From the IMG/VR virus record IMGVR_UViG_3300003322_000128, positions 1 to 64,000 of that record: a stretch of 64,000 bases of DNA; one strand, 5' to 3'. Below, piece by piece: positions 27,266 to 35,849 of this stretch. The stretch is from a virus. Numbering within the stretch: the first letter of the stretch is position 1; every line of letters begins with the position of its first letter. A model generated the notes under the pieces. It was not told the DNA's origin. It worked only from the letters and a program-made list of their open reading frames with translations, and made no database searches. A program made the translations under genes and the position numbers.

Positions 27266-27445
27266 ATGAACAACCTAATTATTGCAGGAATCGCATCCTT
27301 TGTCATGGCATTTGTTTGCCTGATGGCTTCTACAATTCTAGAGGGGTTCGAAATGTTTGCTGCCGGATTTTTTGCGGCGGCTGTGTATTGGATACTTGCA
27401 GGCATGTTGCCCGATGGTGTTGACAGCCCCGAAGCAAGCGAGTAG
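27266..27445 (+). CDS. small membrane protein
   Basis: Two TM segments; ATG abuts AAGCT; no RBS. Confidence 0.5.
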   Translation: MNNLIIAGIASFVMAFVCLMASTILEGFEMFAAGFFAAAVYWILAGMLPDGVDSPEASE

Positions 27446-27481
27446 GGTAGTAACCAGAAAGCTTCAATTTGAGGAGAAAAA

Positions 27482-27724
27482 ATGTATCACAAGATTGCCG
27501 CTAGGAAGTCACTCGCTGCACTGGCTAACTTCTTTATCTGTGCGGTAAATGCCTCACTTGCATGGGTTTCCTACAATGCAGGAAGCTCATTGTATGGAGT
27601 GAACATCATTTTCAGCATCTTCAGCGCAATTCTTGCCCTTGGTAACTTTTTCGGTTACCTTGATGCCAAGGATAGGGCGAATGCCGAAGACATGTACAAT
27701 GAGGTTTACGGACGTCGTCGTTAG
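27482..27724 (+). CDS. membrane protein
   Basis: GAGGAG RBS, two TM segments. Confidence 0.65.
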   Translation: MYHKIAARKSLAALANFFICAVNASLAWVSYNAGSSLYGVNIIFSIFSAILALGNFFGYLDAKDRANAEDMYNEVYGRRR

Positions 27725-27768
27725 CAATACCGGCCCGAAAGGGCCAAGCTTTCTGAATAGGAGAAGAA

Positions 27769-27996
27769 ATGCCTAAGGAAACTGTCAAGTACGAAGTCGA
27801 GCGGATTCCTAATGGAATGTACCGCAGTTCTATCACTCGTAAGCTAGATGGTGAGTGGAAGGAAATGCATCGCGAGATTACCCACACAATGTGGGGCGGA
27901 AAGTCTCATTGTAAGCGCTGGATTAAGAAGTGGGCTAACGGAAACTACCGGCAGCACAGCTATATGAACCTTGTGACTGTTGACCGTAAGTGGTAA
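27769..27996 (+). CDS. hypothetical protein
   Basis: AGGAG RBS. Confidence 0.65.
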   Translation: MPKETVKYEVERIPNGMYRSSITRKLDGEWKEMHREITHTMWGGKSHCKRWIKKWANGNYRQHSYMNLVTVDRKW

Positions 27997-28053
27997 ACTG
28001 GCAACATCGCCCCAGAGATGGGGCAAGCTTTCATAGAGACCAAGGAGAATGAA

Positions 28054-28272
28054 ATGTTTATTAATGACCCAAGCATTTTTCTCAAGGACGCTGAAGATGA
28101 AACTTACGTTGGAGTTGATAGGCAGTCTGGTGGATATCCTTACAGGGCTACTACCCTTAAGGAAGTGGAATTCTTTCCAACAGTGGAAGAGGCTGAAGAG
28201 TACGCTAACCACTGGCCTGGTAGATTCACCATTCATCGCCTTACCTCAATGAATTCAGAGCGGGTCAAGTAA
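28054..28272 (+). CDS. hypothetical protein
   Basis: AAGGAG RBS. Confidence 0.65.
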   Translation: MFINDPSIFLKDAEDETYVGVDRQSGGYPYRATTLKEVEFFPTVEEAEEYANHWPGRFTIHRLTSMNSERVK

Positions 28273-28343
28273 AAATCCGCCCGGCTATGTCGGGCAAGCT
28301 TTCCTTCTAGATGATAATTGGATATCAATACTAGGAGGACAAA

Positions 28344-28496
28344 ATGAAGATATGGGTTATTACGACAGAGTGCGCTTGTGGATGGTACTCTGGAGAAGAA
28401 ATCGCTGGAGCCTACAGCACTGAAGAAAAGGCTAAGGAAGCCTTGAAGGAATTCAACGGAGAATTCTATTACATCAGTGAACTGGAGGTAAAGTGA
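28344..28496 (+). CDS. small protein (STEEKAK paralog pair)
   Basis: AGGAGG RBS. Confidence 0.55.
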   Translation: MKIWVITTECACGWYSGEEIAGAYSTEEKAKEALKEFNGEFYYISELEVK

Positions 28497-28639
28497 AGGT
28501 TTGGCTGGTAAGTGAAGGTAATTGCAACTGCTGCATGTATGTTGCGGCTGTCTTTTCAACAGAAGAGAAGGCTAAGGCTTACGAAACTGACAGCGAATTC
28601 GTAGAAATTAACTTTCACATTGTAGATGAAGGGGAATAA
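28493..28639 (+). CDS. small protein (STEEKAK paralog pair)
   Basis: GTGA overlap, GGAGG RBS. Confidence 0.5.
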   Translation: MKVWLVSEGNCNCCMYVAAVFSTEEKAKAYETDSEFVEINFHIVDEGE

Positions 28640-28640
28640 A

Positions 28641-29222
28641 ATGGCTAGGTTCTTTACCAGCGATACGCATTTTGGCCATCAGCGTATTATAGAGCTGTGC
28701 AATCGCCCATTCAGTTCTGTTGAGGAAATGAATGAGGCTATGATTGAGCGGTGGAATGCAGTTGTGCGACCGACTGATACCGTTTACCATATGGGTGATG
28801 TTGCCATGGGTAGAATTGCAGAATCTCTGCCACTTGTTGGCAGGCTGAATGGTCGTAAGAAGCTGGTTCCTGGTAATCATGACCGGATTTTCTCTGGAGA
28901 AAAGGCAAAGCAGCGAGAGCGTTTTACTCCAGAGTATGAGAAGGTGTTTCAGGAGATTCTTCCTGAGCAGGTTGCTCTGAATCTGGATGGTCGTTGGGAT
29001 GGCGTCTTTCCTATTCTGTGCCATTTCCCATACAGTGGTGATTCTCATGGGGAAGACCGTTATGCTGATAAGCGCCCCATTGATGTCGGCACCCCGCTGA
29101 TTCACGGTCATGTTCATGATTCATGGCAGTTTAACGGCCGGATGTTTAATGTAGGTGTTGATGTAAACAACTTCACTCCTGTTCATGAAGATGTGGTCAG
29201 GGATTGGATTAAGGCTCTGTAA
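28641..29222 (+). CDS. metallophosphoesterase
   Basis: SDTHFGH, MGDV, GNHD, CHFP, HGHVH, NVGVD. Confidence 0.9.
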   Translation: MARFFTSDTHFGHQRIIELCNRPFSSVEEMNEAMIERWNAVVRPTDTVYHMGDVAMGRIAESLPLVGRLNGRKKLVPGNHDRIFSGEKAKQRERFTPEYEKVFQEILPEQVALNLDGRWDGVFPILCHFPYSGDSHGEDRYADKRPIDVGTPLIHGHVHDSWQFNGRMFNVGVDVNNFTPVHEDVVRDWIKAL

Positions 29223-29270
29223 TATGATGGGGTGGAAACACCCCATCAAGCTTTCAACAAAGGAGACGAA

Positions 29271-29567
29271 ATGTTTTACGACTGGTCATTGCTGGACCTG
29301 ATTCCACTGCCATTGTTTATTTTGGCCGTCCGGGCGCTGATTTTCAAGCGGGTTGCCGGACAAACATCGAATAAGGAATGCGAAGGATACATGGCCCTGC
29401 ATAGCCTGGTTTATCTTGTGATAGACATTATTCGTCATTGGAATGGTCACGCTGTGCTTGATTCAGCATTCTTGGCTTATTGGGCATATTCGTGGTGGAA
29501 TTCTGGTGGTGGAGACTCTGTTAAGAACTTCATTCGGAGTTTTGGATTGAAGCCCGCAGTGAATTGA
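29271..29567 (+). CDS. membrane protein
   Basis: AGGAG RBS, hydrophobic segments. Confidence 0.6.
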   Translation: MFYDWSLLDLIPLPLFILAVRALIFKRVAGQTSNKECEGYMALHSLVYLVIDIIRHWNGHAVLDSAFLAYWAYSWWNSGGGDSVKNFIRSFGLKPAVN

Positions 29568-29647
29568 AATACCGCCCGATGAAAATCGGGCAAGCTTGCT
29601 ACAACACACAGTACAAAGATTGGCTGTGTTGCTTTCTAGGAGGATAG

Positions 29648-29830
29648 ATGAACGTGGCTAGGGAGTTGCGCCGGAAGGAACATTCTAGGCCCGGACACAA
29701 GCTGAGGGACACTACGGATGAGGTGACTAGGAAGAACGTTGACACCGTAACCCGCCGCTTTCATCGCTGTTCGTGTGGTTGGTTCGGATGGTTGACAGCC
29801 GAGACGGAAGCAACTAAGGTCAAGCCATGA
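29648..29830 (+). CDS. hypothetical protein
   Basis: AGGAGG RBS; CSCGW. Confidence 0.55.
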   Translation: MNVARELRRKEHSRPGHKLRDTTDEVTRKNVDTVTRRFHRCSCGWFGWLTAETEATKVKP

Positions 29831-30135
29831 AGATTTGGCTTGATGACGAGAGAGACCCGCAAGGTCGGGTGGATAACCCAAAGTCGTGGTTTTGGGTCAA
29901 GAACAGCTATGATGCAATTGAGCTTCTTGACGACATTCGTCGCAAGGGTAATTCAATTGATGTCATGTCCTTTGACCATGACTTGGGTGGTGACGACACA
30001 TCCCGCCGTGTGGTATTGTGGATGTGCGAAAATGATTTCTGGCCGGATGAGTGTCGAGTGCACAGCATGAACAATGTTGGCCGTGAATGGTTGACCGGAA
30101 TGATTGACAGATATGGACCGGGAGTTTCCAAGTGA
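29827..30135 (+). CDS. cyclic-phosphate-processing receiver-domain protein
   Basis: KIWLDDER.P...W.WVKN...SFDHDLG...HSMN.VG. Confidence 0.75.
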   Translation: MKIWLDDERDPQGRVDNPKSWFWVKNSYDAIELLDDIRRKGNSIDVMSFDHDLGGDDTSRRVVLWMCENDFWPDECRVHSMNNVGREWLTGMIDRYGPGVSK

Positions 30136-30332
30136 GACCTGATGATAGTTATGAGCGCCTGATTTCTGACCCAACCCTGTTTGAGGGTGCTTTGGGTCAT
30201 GCTATTGACAATGAAGGCTTGACACATGGTGAGGCTCTTGCTATGCTGCTGCTTGTCAGAGGAGACCGTGCGTGGAATAATAATCCTGGTGTATTCGCTG
30301 GAATGGAGCCGATTGATGATTCAGCACTTTAA
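30132..30332 (+). CDS. hypothetical protein
   Basis: GTGA overlap. Confidence 0.5.
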   Translation: MRPDDSYERLISDPTLFEGALGHAIDNEGLTHGEALAMLLLVRGDRAWNNNPGVFAGMEPIDDSAL

Positions 30333-30684
30333 GCAAATCTGCAAGTGTGGTATCGTTGATTTCGAATGCAAGTGTTCCGCCCCAAATAAGCGGATTGACA
30401 CGCTTATGACGTGCTCTCATGAGTGGTGGGAAGACATCATCACTGAGCTTGATGAGCAGTATGATATTGCCGCTTATTGGGATAAGCGTCACAGGTATCT
30501 GGAAATTGACCTTCCGGCTTCCCGGCACAGCCTTGAGGTTTCGCTGACCAATGTTTATGGTTTCGTTATCTCACTGGTGATTACCAACGAAACCGGCGGG
30601 GTCATGAAGGACATAACCATATTTTCTTGCGTCAATCGAAAGAACCTTGCCACCGACATTCACAGCGTGTACAATAGCTACTGA
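30316..30684 (+). CDS. hypothetical protein
   Basis: GGAG RBS. Confidence 0.55.
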   Translation: MIQHFKQICKCGIVDFECKCSAPNKRIDTLMTCSHEWWEDIITELDEQYDIAAYWDKRHRYLEIDLPASRHSLEVSLTNVYGFVISLVITNETGGVMKDITIFSCVNRKNLATDIHSVYNSY

Positions 30685-30693
30685 AGAGGGATT

Positions 30694-30885
30694 ATGACAC
30701 ACGATACAGAATTCCCATCTAATTGGGATATGATGACCAGTGCTGAAAGGACTGCTTGGTTAGCTAAGTGGTTCGATGCTAACGTAAGTAAGCATCAGAA
30801 CATTGGGAACATGAAGCGTGCAAAGGCAGAACGTGAATGGAGGGCTTACCGCACTAAGAACGGTAGGGGTAAGCGCAGGAAGTAG
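30694..30885 (+). CDS. hypothetical protein
   Basis: GAGGGG RBS. Confidence 0.6.
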   Translation: MTHDTEFPSNWDMMTSAERTAWLAKWFDANVSKHQNIGNMKRAKAEREWRAYRTKNGRGKRRK

Positions 30886-31049
30886 TGCCAAGTTGTCCAA
30901 GATGCAGGAAAAGCGATAAGGTACAAAAATCAAAGTCTAGGTCCATTTTAATCAAATTCATCTGTAAGAGATGCAATCACGAATTTGAGGCGCCTTGATT
31001 TTGCGGGGGTGGGCTTTCCACCCCCAAGCTTGTCTACATAGGAGAAAAA

Positions 31050-31241
31050 ATGATTTCCCGTAATGGATGTATTGCTTTTGCATGTGGAGCTTTTCTACTT
31101 GCCTTCGTGAATTTTATCGCGGGATTGGGTGCTGTTGTTACTCATGACCCGTTGTGGCTTGTGGGAGTAAAGTTTGCAAGTGCAGCGATTTGGTTTGCAT
31201 GTTGTGCGGTGTGGGTTGTTGGAGCCATTACCCGCGAGTAA
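31050..31241 (+). CDS. small membrane protein
   Basis: AGGAG RBS, two TM segments. Confidence 0.65.
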   Translation: MISRNGCIAFACGAFLLAFVNFIAGLGAVVTHDPLWLVGVKFASAAIWFACCAVWVVGAITRE

Positions 31242-31302
31242 CCTATTGACAGGCAGATGAAAGTCTGCCAAGCTAGCACTACCAACAGCAAGGAGGTAGG
31301 AG

Positions 31303-31743
31303 ATGCTGAACCAATATATTTGCCTAAATTGTTACAATGGCAATTGCGACGAGTGTGCTGATAAGCACAAGGTTTTCCCTGATTGTCAGCATGAATGTAA
31401 CAGGCAGAAGGAAGAGGCTCGGAAGATGAACGTCCACAAGCTTGACGTAGTTGCCGAGAATGGTGTACCGTTCCGAGTGGTGGTGCTGGTTGACGGGAAG
31501 TCTGAGAATTTCAACACGGCTTCCTTGAGCAATAAGAGTCTGGTAGAGTTCTATGACAGGCGCTATGACTTCACCCCTGATGGTCAGTTTACCGGTCATC
31601 GTATCTACCTTGACACTGCTCTTGAAGCCTCTGTGTACACCATGAGCTTTGACCAGCCTTCTTGGCAGATGGACTCTCGTACTTCCCGAACGGTTCGCGA
31701 TTGGTTGCACTTCCTGGTTGACAGGGAATCGGTTCGGGTGTAA
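31303..31743 (+). CDS. hypothetical protein
   Basis: AAGGAGG RBS. Confidence 0.65.
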   Translation: MLNQYICLNCYNGNCDECADKHKVFPDCQHECNRQKEEARKMNVHKLDVVAENGVPFRVVVLVDGKSENFNTASLSNKSLVEFYDRRYDFTPDGQFTGHRIYLDTALEASVYTMSFDQPSWQMDSRTSRTVRDWLHFLVDRESVRV

Positions 31744-31848
31744 GGTAGTAACACGTAAAACGGTGGGGCAAGGTGAGATAAGTTCCCCAAACTCCACCAA
31801 GCTTTCTAAACTGCCGATGACCCCGGAATGAAAATTCCGGGCGAGGAC

Positions 31849-31924
31849 AGCCCCAATAGCATAATCCCGGCGAATGCGCCTTTAGAATAGTAGGAGATAG
31901 CAGGTTCAAATCCTGCTGGGGTTG
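31849..31924 (+). tRNA. tRNA-like RNA with aberrant anticodon arm (identity undetermined)
   Basis: AGCCCCA/TGGGGTT acceptor, GCAT/ATGC D stem, GCAGG-TTCAAAT-CCTGC T arm; anticodon stem only 3 bp. Confidence 0.6.
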
Positions 31925-31925
31925 C

Positions 31926-32187
31926 TAGGACAAATCTTCTGTTAGATTGTGTCCTAAGTAAAATGACCGGCTAGCTCGTGTGCAGGAACGCTAAGGGTGC
32001 TTTCGCGGGGATTCAGTTAGAATCCCACCGAACGTTTAAAGGTCCTGTTCCTGTACTAGGCGAGGGTTAATGGGCTTAGTAGGAAATCCCCGAAAAGTCA
32101 CTGATAACAATTACCGGGTAGCCCAGTTAAATAGCGAGGTGGAGACGAAAGTCGTAGAAGCCAATGACCTATTTAACTGGGCTTTTT
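31926..32187 (+). ncRNA. candidate structured ncRNA ending in a long terminator-like hairpin
   Basis: ORF-free; several helices including AGCCCAGTTAAATAG/CTATTTAACTGGGCT followed by TTTT. Confidence 0.5.
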
Positions 32188-32221
32188 GTTTGACCAAAAT
32201 CGTCTGAAGGAGACAGTAAAC

Positions 32222-32410
32222 ATGATGATTCCCGCTCCCCGTGTTGCTGAGCCTACCGTATTGAAGTGCCGTGAGGATGGCTGTGAAGGCACTTATGAGC
32301 CGTACCGAGATGGTTCGCTGTCCTGTTACTGCGGCAGCCGCTCTAACCTCACTGTGGACGATGTAGAGATTCTGAACATGACCATTGTGTATGAGCGTAG
32401 CGACTGCTAA
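32222..32410 (+). CDS. hypothetical Cys-containing protein
   Basis: AAGGAG RBS. Confidence 0.6.
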   Translation: MMIPAPRVAEPTVLKCREDGCEGTYEPYRDGSLSCYCGSRSNLTVDDVEILNMTIVYERSDC

Positions 32411-32476
32411 GATTTATGCTGGGGATGAAAATCTCCAGCAAGCTTGCAACATCGACATTCTAATTAAGGAAACAAA

Positions 32477-32689
32477 ATGGTGTTTTTCGTTCTGCTCCTG
32501 GTTCTCGGTTCGGCTTGGGTTATTTCTGCCTGGTCTTTCATGCTGTTCGTTGGTATGGTTCATCATGACATTCTTCCGGCCGTGATTCCCATTTCGTATC
32601 AGACTTCTCTTCAGATTACTGGTGTGATGCTTGCGTTCACCTTTGGCTTTGCTCTTCTTTCTGGAATTCTTCGAGAGGCTGCAAAGTAG
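32477..32689 (+). CDS. small membrane protein
   Basis: Two TM segments. Confidence 0.65.
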   Translation: MVFFVLLLVLGSAWVISAWSFMLFVGMVHHDILPAVIPISYQTSLQITGVMLAFTFGFALLSGILREAAK

Positions 32690-32746
32690 TAATCCGGCCG
32701 GATTTATTCCGGCCAAGCTTTCAACAACAAATGTGAGGTAAATTAA

Positions 32747-33121
32747 ATGCTATTCAGTGATGCACAGAGCCTCAATGAGGGCGACGAGATGTTCGTTACC
32801 GATGGTGTTGGTCGTGCTACTCATCAGGTGGTTACCAAGCTGAGTGGCCCATACTACAATGGATTCTCAAGCCACGGTGTCCTTGTTGTCAGGGATGAGA
32901 GCAACCAGGTTCGGGTCTACAACCTTGGTGACCTAGTGATAAAGCCTGCTGTGCCTGTTGAGGGACAAACGTGGGTTCGTAAGACTGATGGTAAGAGCCG
33001 ATATGTTGCTGGTGTGACAGACAATTTTGTCATCGTAAAGCAGAGTGCCGGGGCTTCTAATGCCAGGGCATATGTGGTTGAGATGAGCCTGTTTCTGACT
33101 ACGTATCGTAAGTACAGTTAG
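32747..33121 (+). CDS. hypothetical protein
   Basis: GAGG RBS. Confidence 0.65.
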   Translation: MLFSDAQSLNEGDEMFVTDGVGRATHQVVTKLSGPYYNGFSSHGVLVVRDESNQVRVYNLGDLVIKPAVPVEGQTWVRKTDGKSRYVAGVTDNFVIVKQSAGASNARAYVVEMSLFLTTYRKYS

Positions 33122-33128
33122 GATTGTC

Positions 33129-33602
33129 ATGATTGGCTGTGTTGAGGATGCCGAATTCATTGCAGAATGGGATTTTCGGCATCCTCTTCCAGATGGGTGG
33201 AGTTTTGCCGGTGAAGGCGCAACACGTGTTGCAGTGATAAGCCCGGATGGAATTGTCTATAAGGTAGAGCTTAGTCCAGATGGTTCTAATTCAAACGAAT
33301 ATATGAACATTCAGAGGATTAAAAAGCTGCCTCCCATTAAGGGATGGGAAATTGCGGATGCCTCCCTTTACATTCTAGATAACTTCAAATCAGTCATTGC
33401 TATGGAATACATTGAAGGCAGTGATGATATTGAATGCGGTTCGTATCTTGGACCAGAGTTTAAATGCACATGTAAAATGAAGCCTTGTGTGGCTTATGTG
33501 TGGGAGGTCACCGCTAGACTGTGGGGTGTGTGGGACCTTACAAGTGATAACATCAGAGTGCAGCCTGATGGTACTCGGATTGTCATCGATGCAGTGTCTT
33601 GA
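33129..33602 (+). CDS. minimal protein-kinase-like protein
   Basis: GEGATR, VYKV, N.NEY, IAMEYIEG, DLTSDNI, VID. Confidence 0.65.
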   Translation: MIGCVEDAEFIAEWDFRHPLPDGWSFAGEGATRVAVISPDGIVYKVELSPDGSNSNEYMNIQRIKKLPPIKGWEIADASLYILDNFKSVIAMEYIEGSDDIECGSYLGPEFKCTCKMKPCVAYVWEVTARLWGVWDLTSDNIRVQPDGTRIVIDAVS

Positions 33603-33669
33603 CTGACCAGCCCAGTCTTGATAGACTGGGCAAGCTTCAGAAGGAACCATATCCTTTAAGGAAGAGAGT

Positions 33670-33909
33670 ATGGGAACGAAGATTCGGCACGTGACGGTAA
33701 TGATTGGTAAGGTTGAGTCCGTACCATTGACCCGTTTTGCCAAGCGAATTTGTCCGGCATGCAAGACTGAGCGTTTCATTACTCAGCGCAGTAAGTTTCT
33801 CAAGCACAATAATGGCGAAAAGGAATGCCGTGCTGTTGGCCTGACAATTGACCAGTACAATAAGCTTAACGAAGAGCTGATTGCAGCTCGTAAGGCAACT
33901 TTCAAGTAA
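33670..33909 (+). CDS. hypothetical zinc-binding protein
   Basis: CPAC..H..C. Confidence 0.55.
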   Translation: MGTKIRHVTVMIGKVESVPLTRFAKRICPACKTERFITQRSKFLKHNNGEKECRAVGLTIDQYNKLNEELIAARKATFK

Positions 33910-33919
33910 GGATATGCAT

Positions 33920-34066
33920 ATGGCTAAGGTTGTTCGTCGTCAGCAGACCCGCAAGATTCAGACTCCTCGGAGTAAGAAGACTCGGGACTATCGCAACGGC
34001 AATGACTTTTCCAATTTCAAGGGTCCTAGGTATTCTCGTAAGGATAAGTATCCTGTAGCGTACTGA
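33920..34066 (+). CDS. small basic protein
   Basis: AAGGA RBS. Confidence 0.5.
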   Translation: MAKVVRRQQTRKIQTPRSKKTRDYRNGNDFSNFKGPRYSRKDKYPVAY

Positions 34067-34345
34067 CTAATTCGCCCGGCTGTGATAACATGGCCGGGTA
34101 AGCTTCCAACAAACAATGGAGAATAAAAATGAGTGAGTTTGACAAGAGTGTGGATGAGCTTTTCGACACTGCTGCTCGATGGAGTAAGGGAATTGTAGTA
34201 GCGTCTGTCGTTCTGGCCCTGGGGGTCCTGAGCGTTGTTCTTTGGGCCATTATTTCTCTGGTCCTTCACTTCACGTGAAATTTCGGCGGGTTGAAAAATC
34301 CGCCAAGCTTTAGCACCATCGTAAGGAGAGAAATGTATTGTCGCT

Positions 34346-34750
34346 GTGGTAGACCTTACCCCTGCTTTGAACATCAGTGAAGGAACCAAAGTGAAGCTGT
34401 TCAAGACAAAGGAAATTCCCTCCGCTCGTAAGCCTGATTATGATTTCATCAGTAAGGCTGAGAAGGAATTCCGAATTGATGATGAGGGTTTCAATGAGAG
34501 GTTTGATGAAGCTCTCATTAATGATTACAAGGCCCGGAAGAATGCATCAAACTGGACTACAGAGGAACGGCTGAGGGAAGTCGAGAGGCTTTCTTCTCAG
34601 CTGACATCTTTCAGGTGGAAGATGGTTGCTGTCAATCAGACTGTCCGAATTGAAAGTCAGTTGCGTGATGAACGCCATGGCCCTGGCTTTGATGCAGCAT
34701 GCAAGGCACTGCGTAGTCGAATGATGTTGCCCCGAAGCATCAACAGATAA
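34346..34750 (+). CDS. hypothetical protein
   Basis: ORF; start uncertain. Confidence 0.6.
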   Translation: MVDLTPALNISEGTKVKLFKTKEIPSARKPDYDFISKAEKEFRIDDEGFNERFDEALINDYKARKNASNWTTEERLREVERLSSQLTSFRWKMVAVNQTVRIESQLRDERHGPGFDAACKALRSRMMLPRSINR

Positions 34751-34821
34751 AATTGCGGCGGGTTAGAAATAACCCGCCAAGCTGCAACACCAAAATAAAT
34801 AATAAACCGTTAGGAATAAAA

Positions 34822-35196
34822 ATGAACCGTCGTATTACGGCTGCTGTTGTCTCTGCTGTTGCTGTCTCTGTGGTGGCTACGGGTTGTTCTGCCTCTGCTG
34901 GTCACTCTGTCAGCCGCGCGGGAATTGTGGTGGACCGCGATATTGAAGGGCATGGCTATGAACTGGAGACTAAGAACAGTTCTGGCAAGCACGAGTTTAG
35001 TGTGAGCGCCAAGGTTTATCACGATTGTCAGAAGCGCGAGTACTACCCCTCTTGCATTAAGAGCAGCAAGAAGGACAGCGATAACCGCAAGAGCTACAAG
35101 AAGTCCAAGAAGAAGCGCTCTTGGTCTTGGACTAAGAAGAACAAGTCTAAGAAGTCTTCTAAGGGATTTAGCTTTAAGCGGAGTAAGAGGCGCTAA
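34822..35196 (+). CDS. lipoprotein with Lys/Ser-rich basic tail
   Basis: Signal peptide with lipobox VATGC. Confidence 0.7.
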   Translation: MNRRITAAVVSAVAVSVVATGCSASAGHSVSRAGIVVDRDIEGHGYELETKNSSGKHEFSVSAKVYHDCQKREYYPSCIKSSKKDSDNRKSYKKSKKKRSWSWTKKNKSKKSSKGFSFKRSKRR

Positions 35197-35527
35197 GTAA
35201 AACCCGGGCGAAAGAAATTTCGCCCAAGCTTGCAATTTTGCCAAAAATTATGACCATCGTAACAGCAAATTCTGTGGCAGTTTTTTGGACCATCGTAAAG
35301 GGGTTCCCGGCGAGTCGGGAATGTCGGACATGCCCCGCTTCGCGGGGCTTAGCCCGTGTTTGTACCAATTTGATAGTGTTTGTACAAATATGTACCAGAA
35401 TGTCCGATTTGCCCAAGGCTAGTCGGCAAGGTGGGAAACTTTACCAAACCGTGACCAAAAAACCTTCCGTGACGTGCTATCGCGCGATAGGATGGCGCTA
35501 CGCGCCACCCAAACAGGAGGTACCAAA

Positions 35528-35782
35528 ATGGCCAGGATTACGAACAACAAGCACGTTATGCACTGGAGCGGCGAGACTGTCACCATTACCCGTCGGTTTC
35601 TCAAGTCGGGCGCCGTGCGCGTTCGTGTTGTTGTGGCTGAATCATTCAATGGTACGGAGCGTTTGAACGAATACCGCGATTACGTTGACATGCACAAGGG
35701 TGATGCTGTATATGCTCGACACATCAAAAAGTTTGAGCGTGCAATTGAGTCAGCCGCTCGCGAAGCTTGGAACGCTCGTTAG
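35528..35782 (+). CDS. hypothetical protein
   Basis: AGGAGG RBS; terminator 35795-35822. Confidence 0.7.
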   Translation: MARITNNKHVMHWSGETVTITRRFLKSGAVRVRVVVAESFNGTERLNEYRDYVDMHKGDAVYARHIKKFERAIESAAREAWNAR

Positions 35783-35849
35783 GCATACCTAACCAGGGAG
35801 CCGGACAACCGGCTCCCTTTTCTATGCCTGCTAAAAGGTTGAATTCTGT

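Larger units (their letters stand above)
1123..35231 (+). repeat. Dispersed intergenic hairpin+AAGCT(T) element family (35 copies on +, 2 more on - at 47017 and 47444)
   Basis: GC-rich hairpin directly followed by AAGCTT at 1141, 3117, 4136, 12756, 13286, 15367, 18000, 18708, 19859, 20517, 21548, 24177, 24400, 25306, 26054, 26211, 27746, 28025, 28296, 29248, 29592, 31026, 31799, 32440, 32715, 33632, 34100, 34305, 35226; AAGCTG/AAGCTA variants at 11713, 14162, 17710, 27261, 31270, 34779. Confidence 0.9.
11935..35302 (+). promoter_or_regulatory. dispersed motif GACC(T/A)TCGTAAAG
   Basis: Copies at 11935, 14142, 17983, 18719, 21471, 21510, 34314, 35252, 35288, all in the same orientation. Confidence 0.65.

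Noticed and set aside
31762-31799. CTCCACCA as a tmRNA or tRNA-Ala 3' end
   Set aside because: No T arm precedes it; it is the 3' strand of a hairpin+AAGCTT element
1123-35231. Hairpin+AAGCTT family as a CRISPR array or as integron attC sites
   Set aside because: Stem sequences differ between copies, spacing is gene-sized, there are no RYYYAAC/GTTRRRY ends, and I saw no cas or integrase gene in the window
35238-35666. 142-aa ORF across the control region
   Set aside because: No RBS, it overlaps a better ORF (35528-35782), and it runs through repeated motifs
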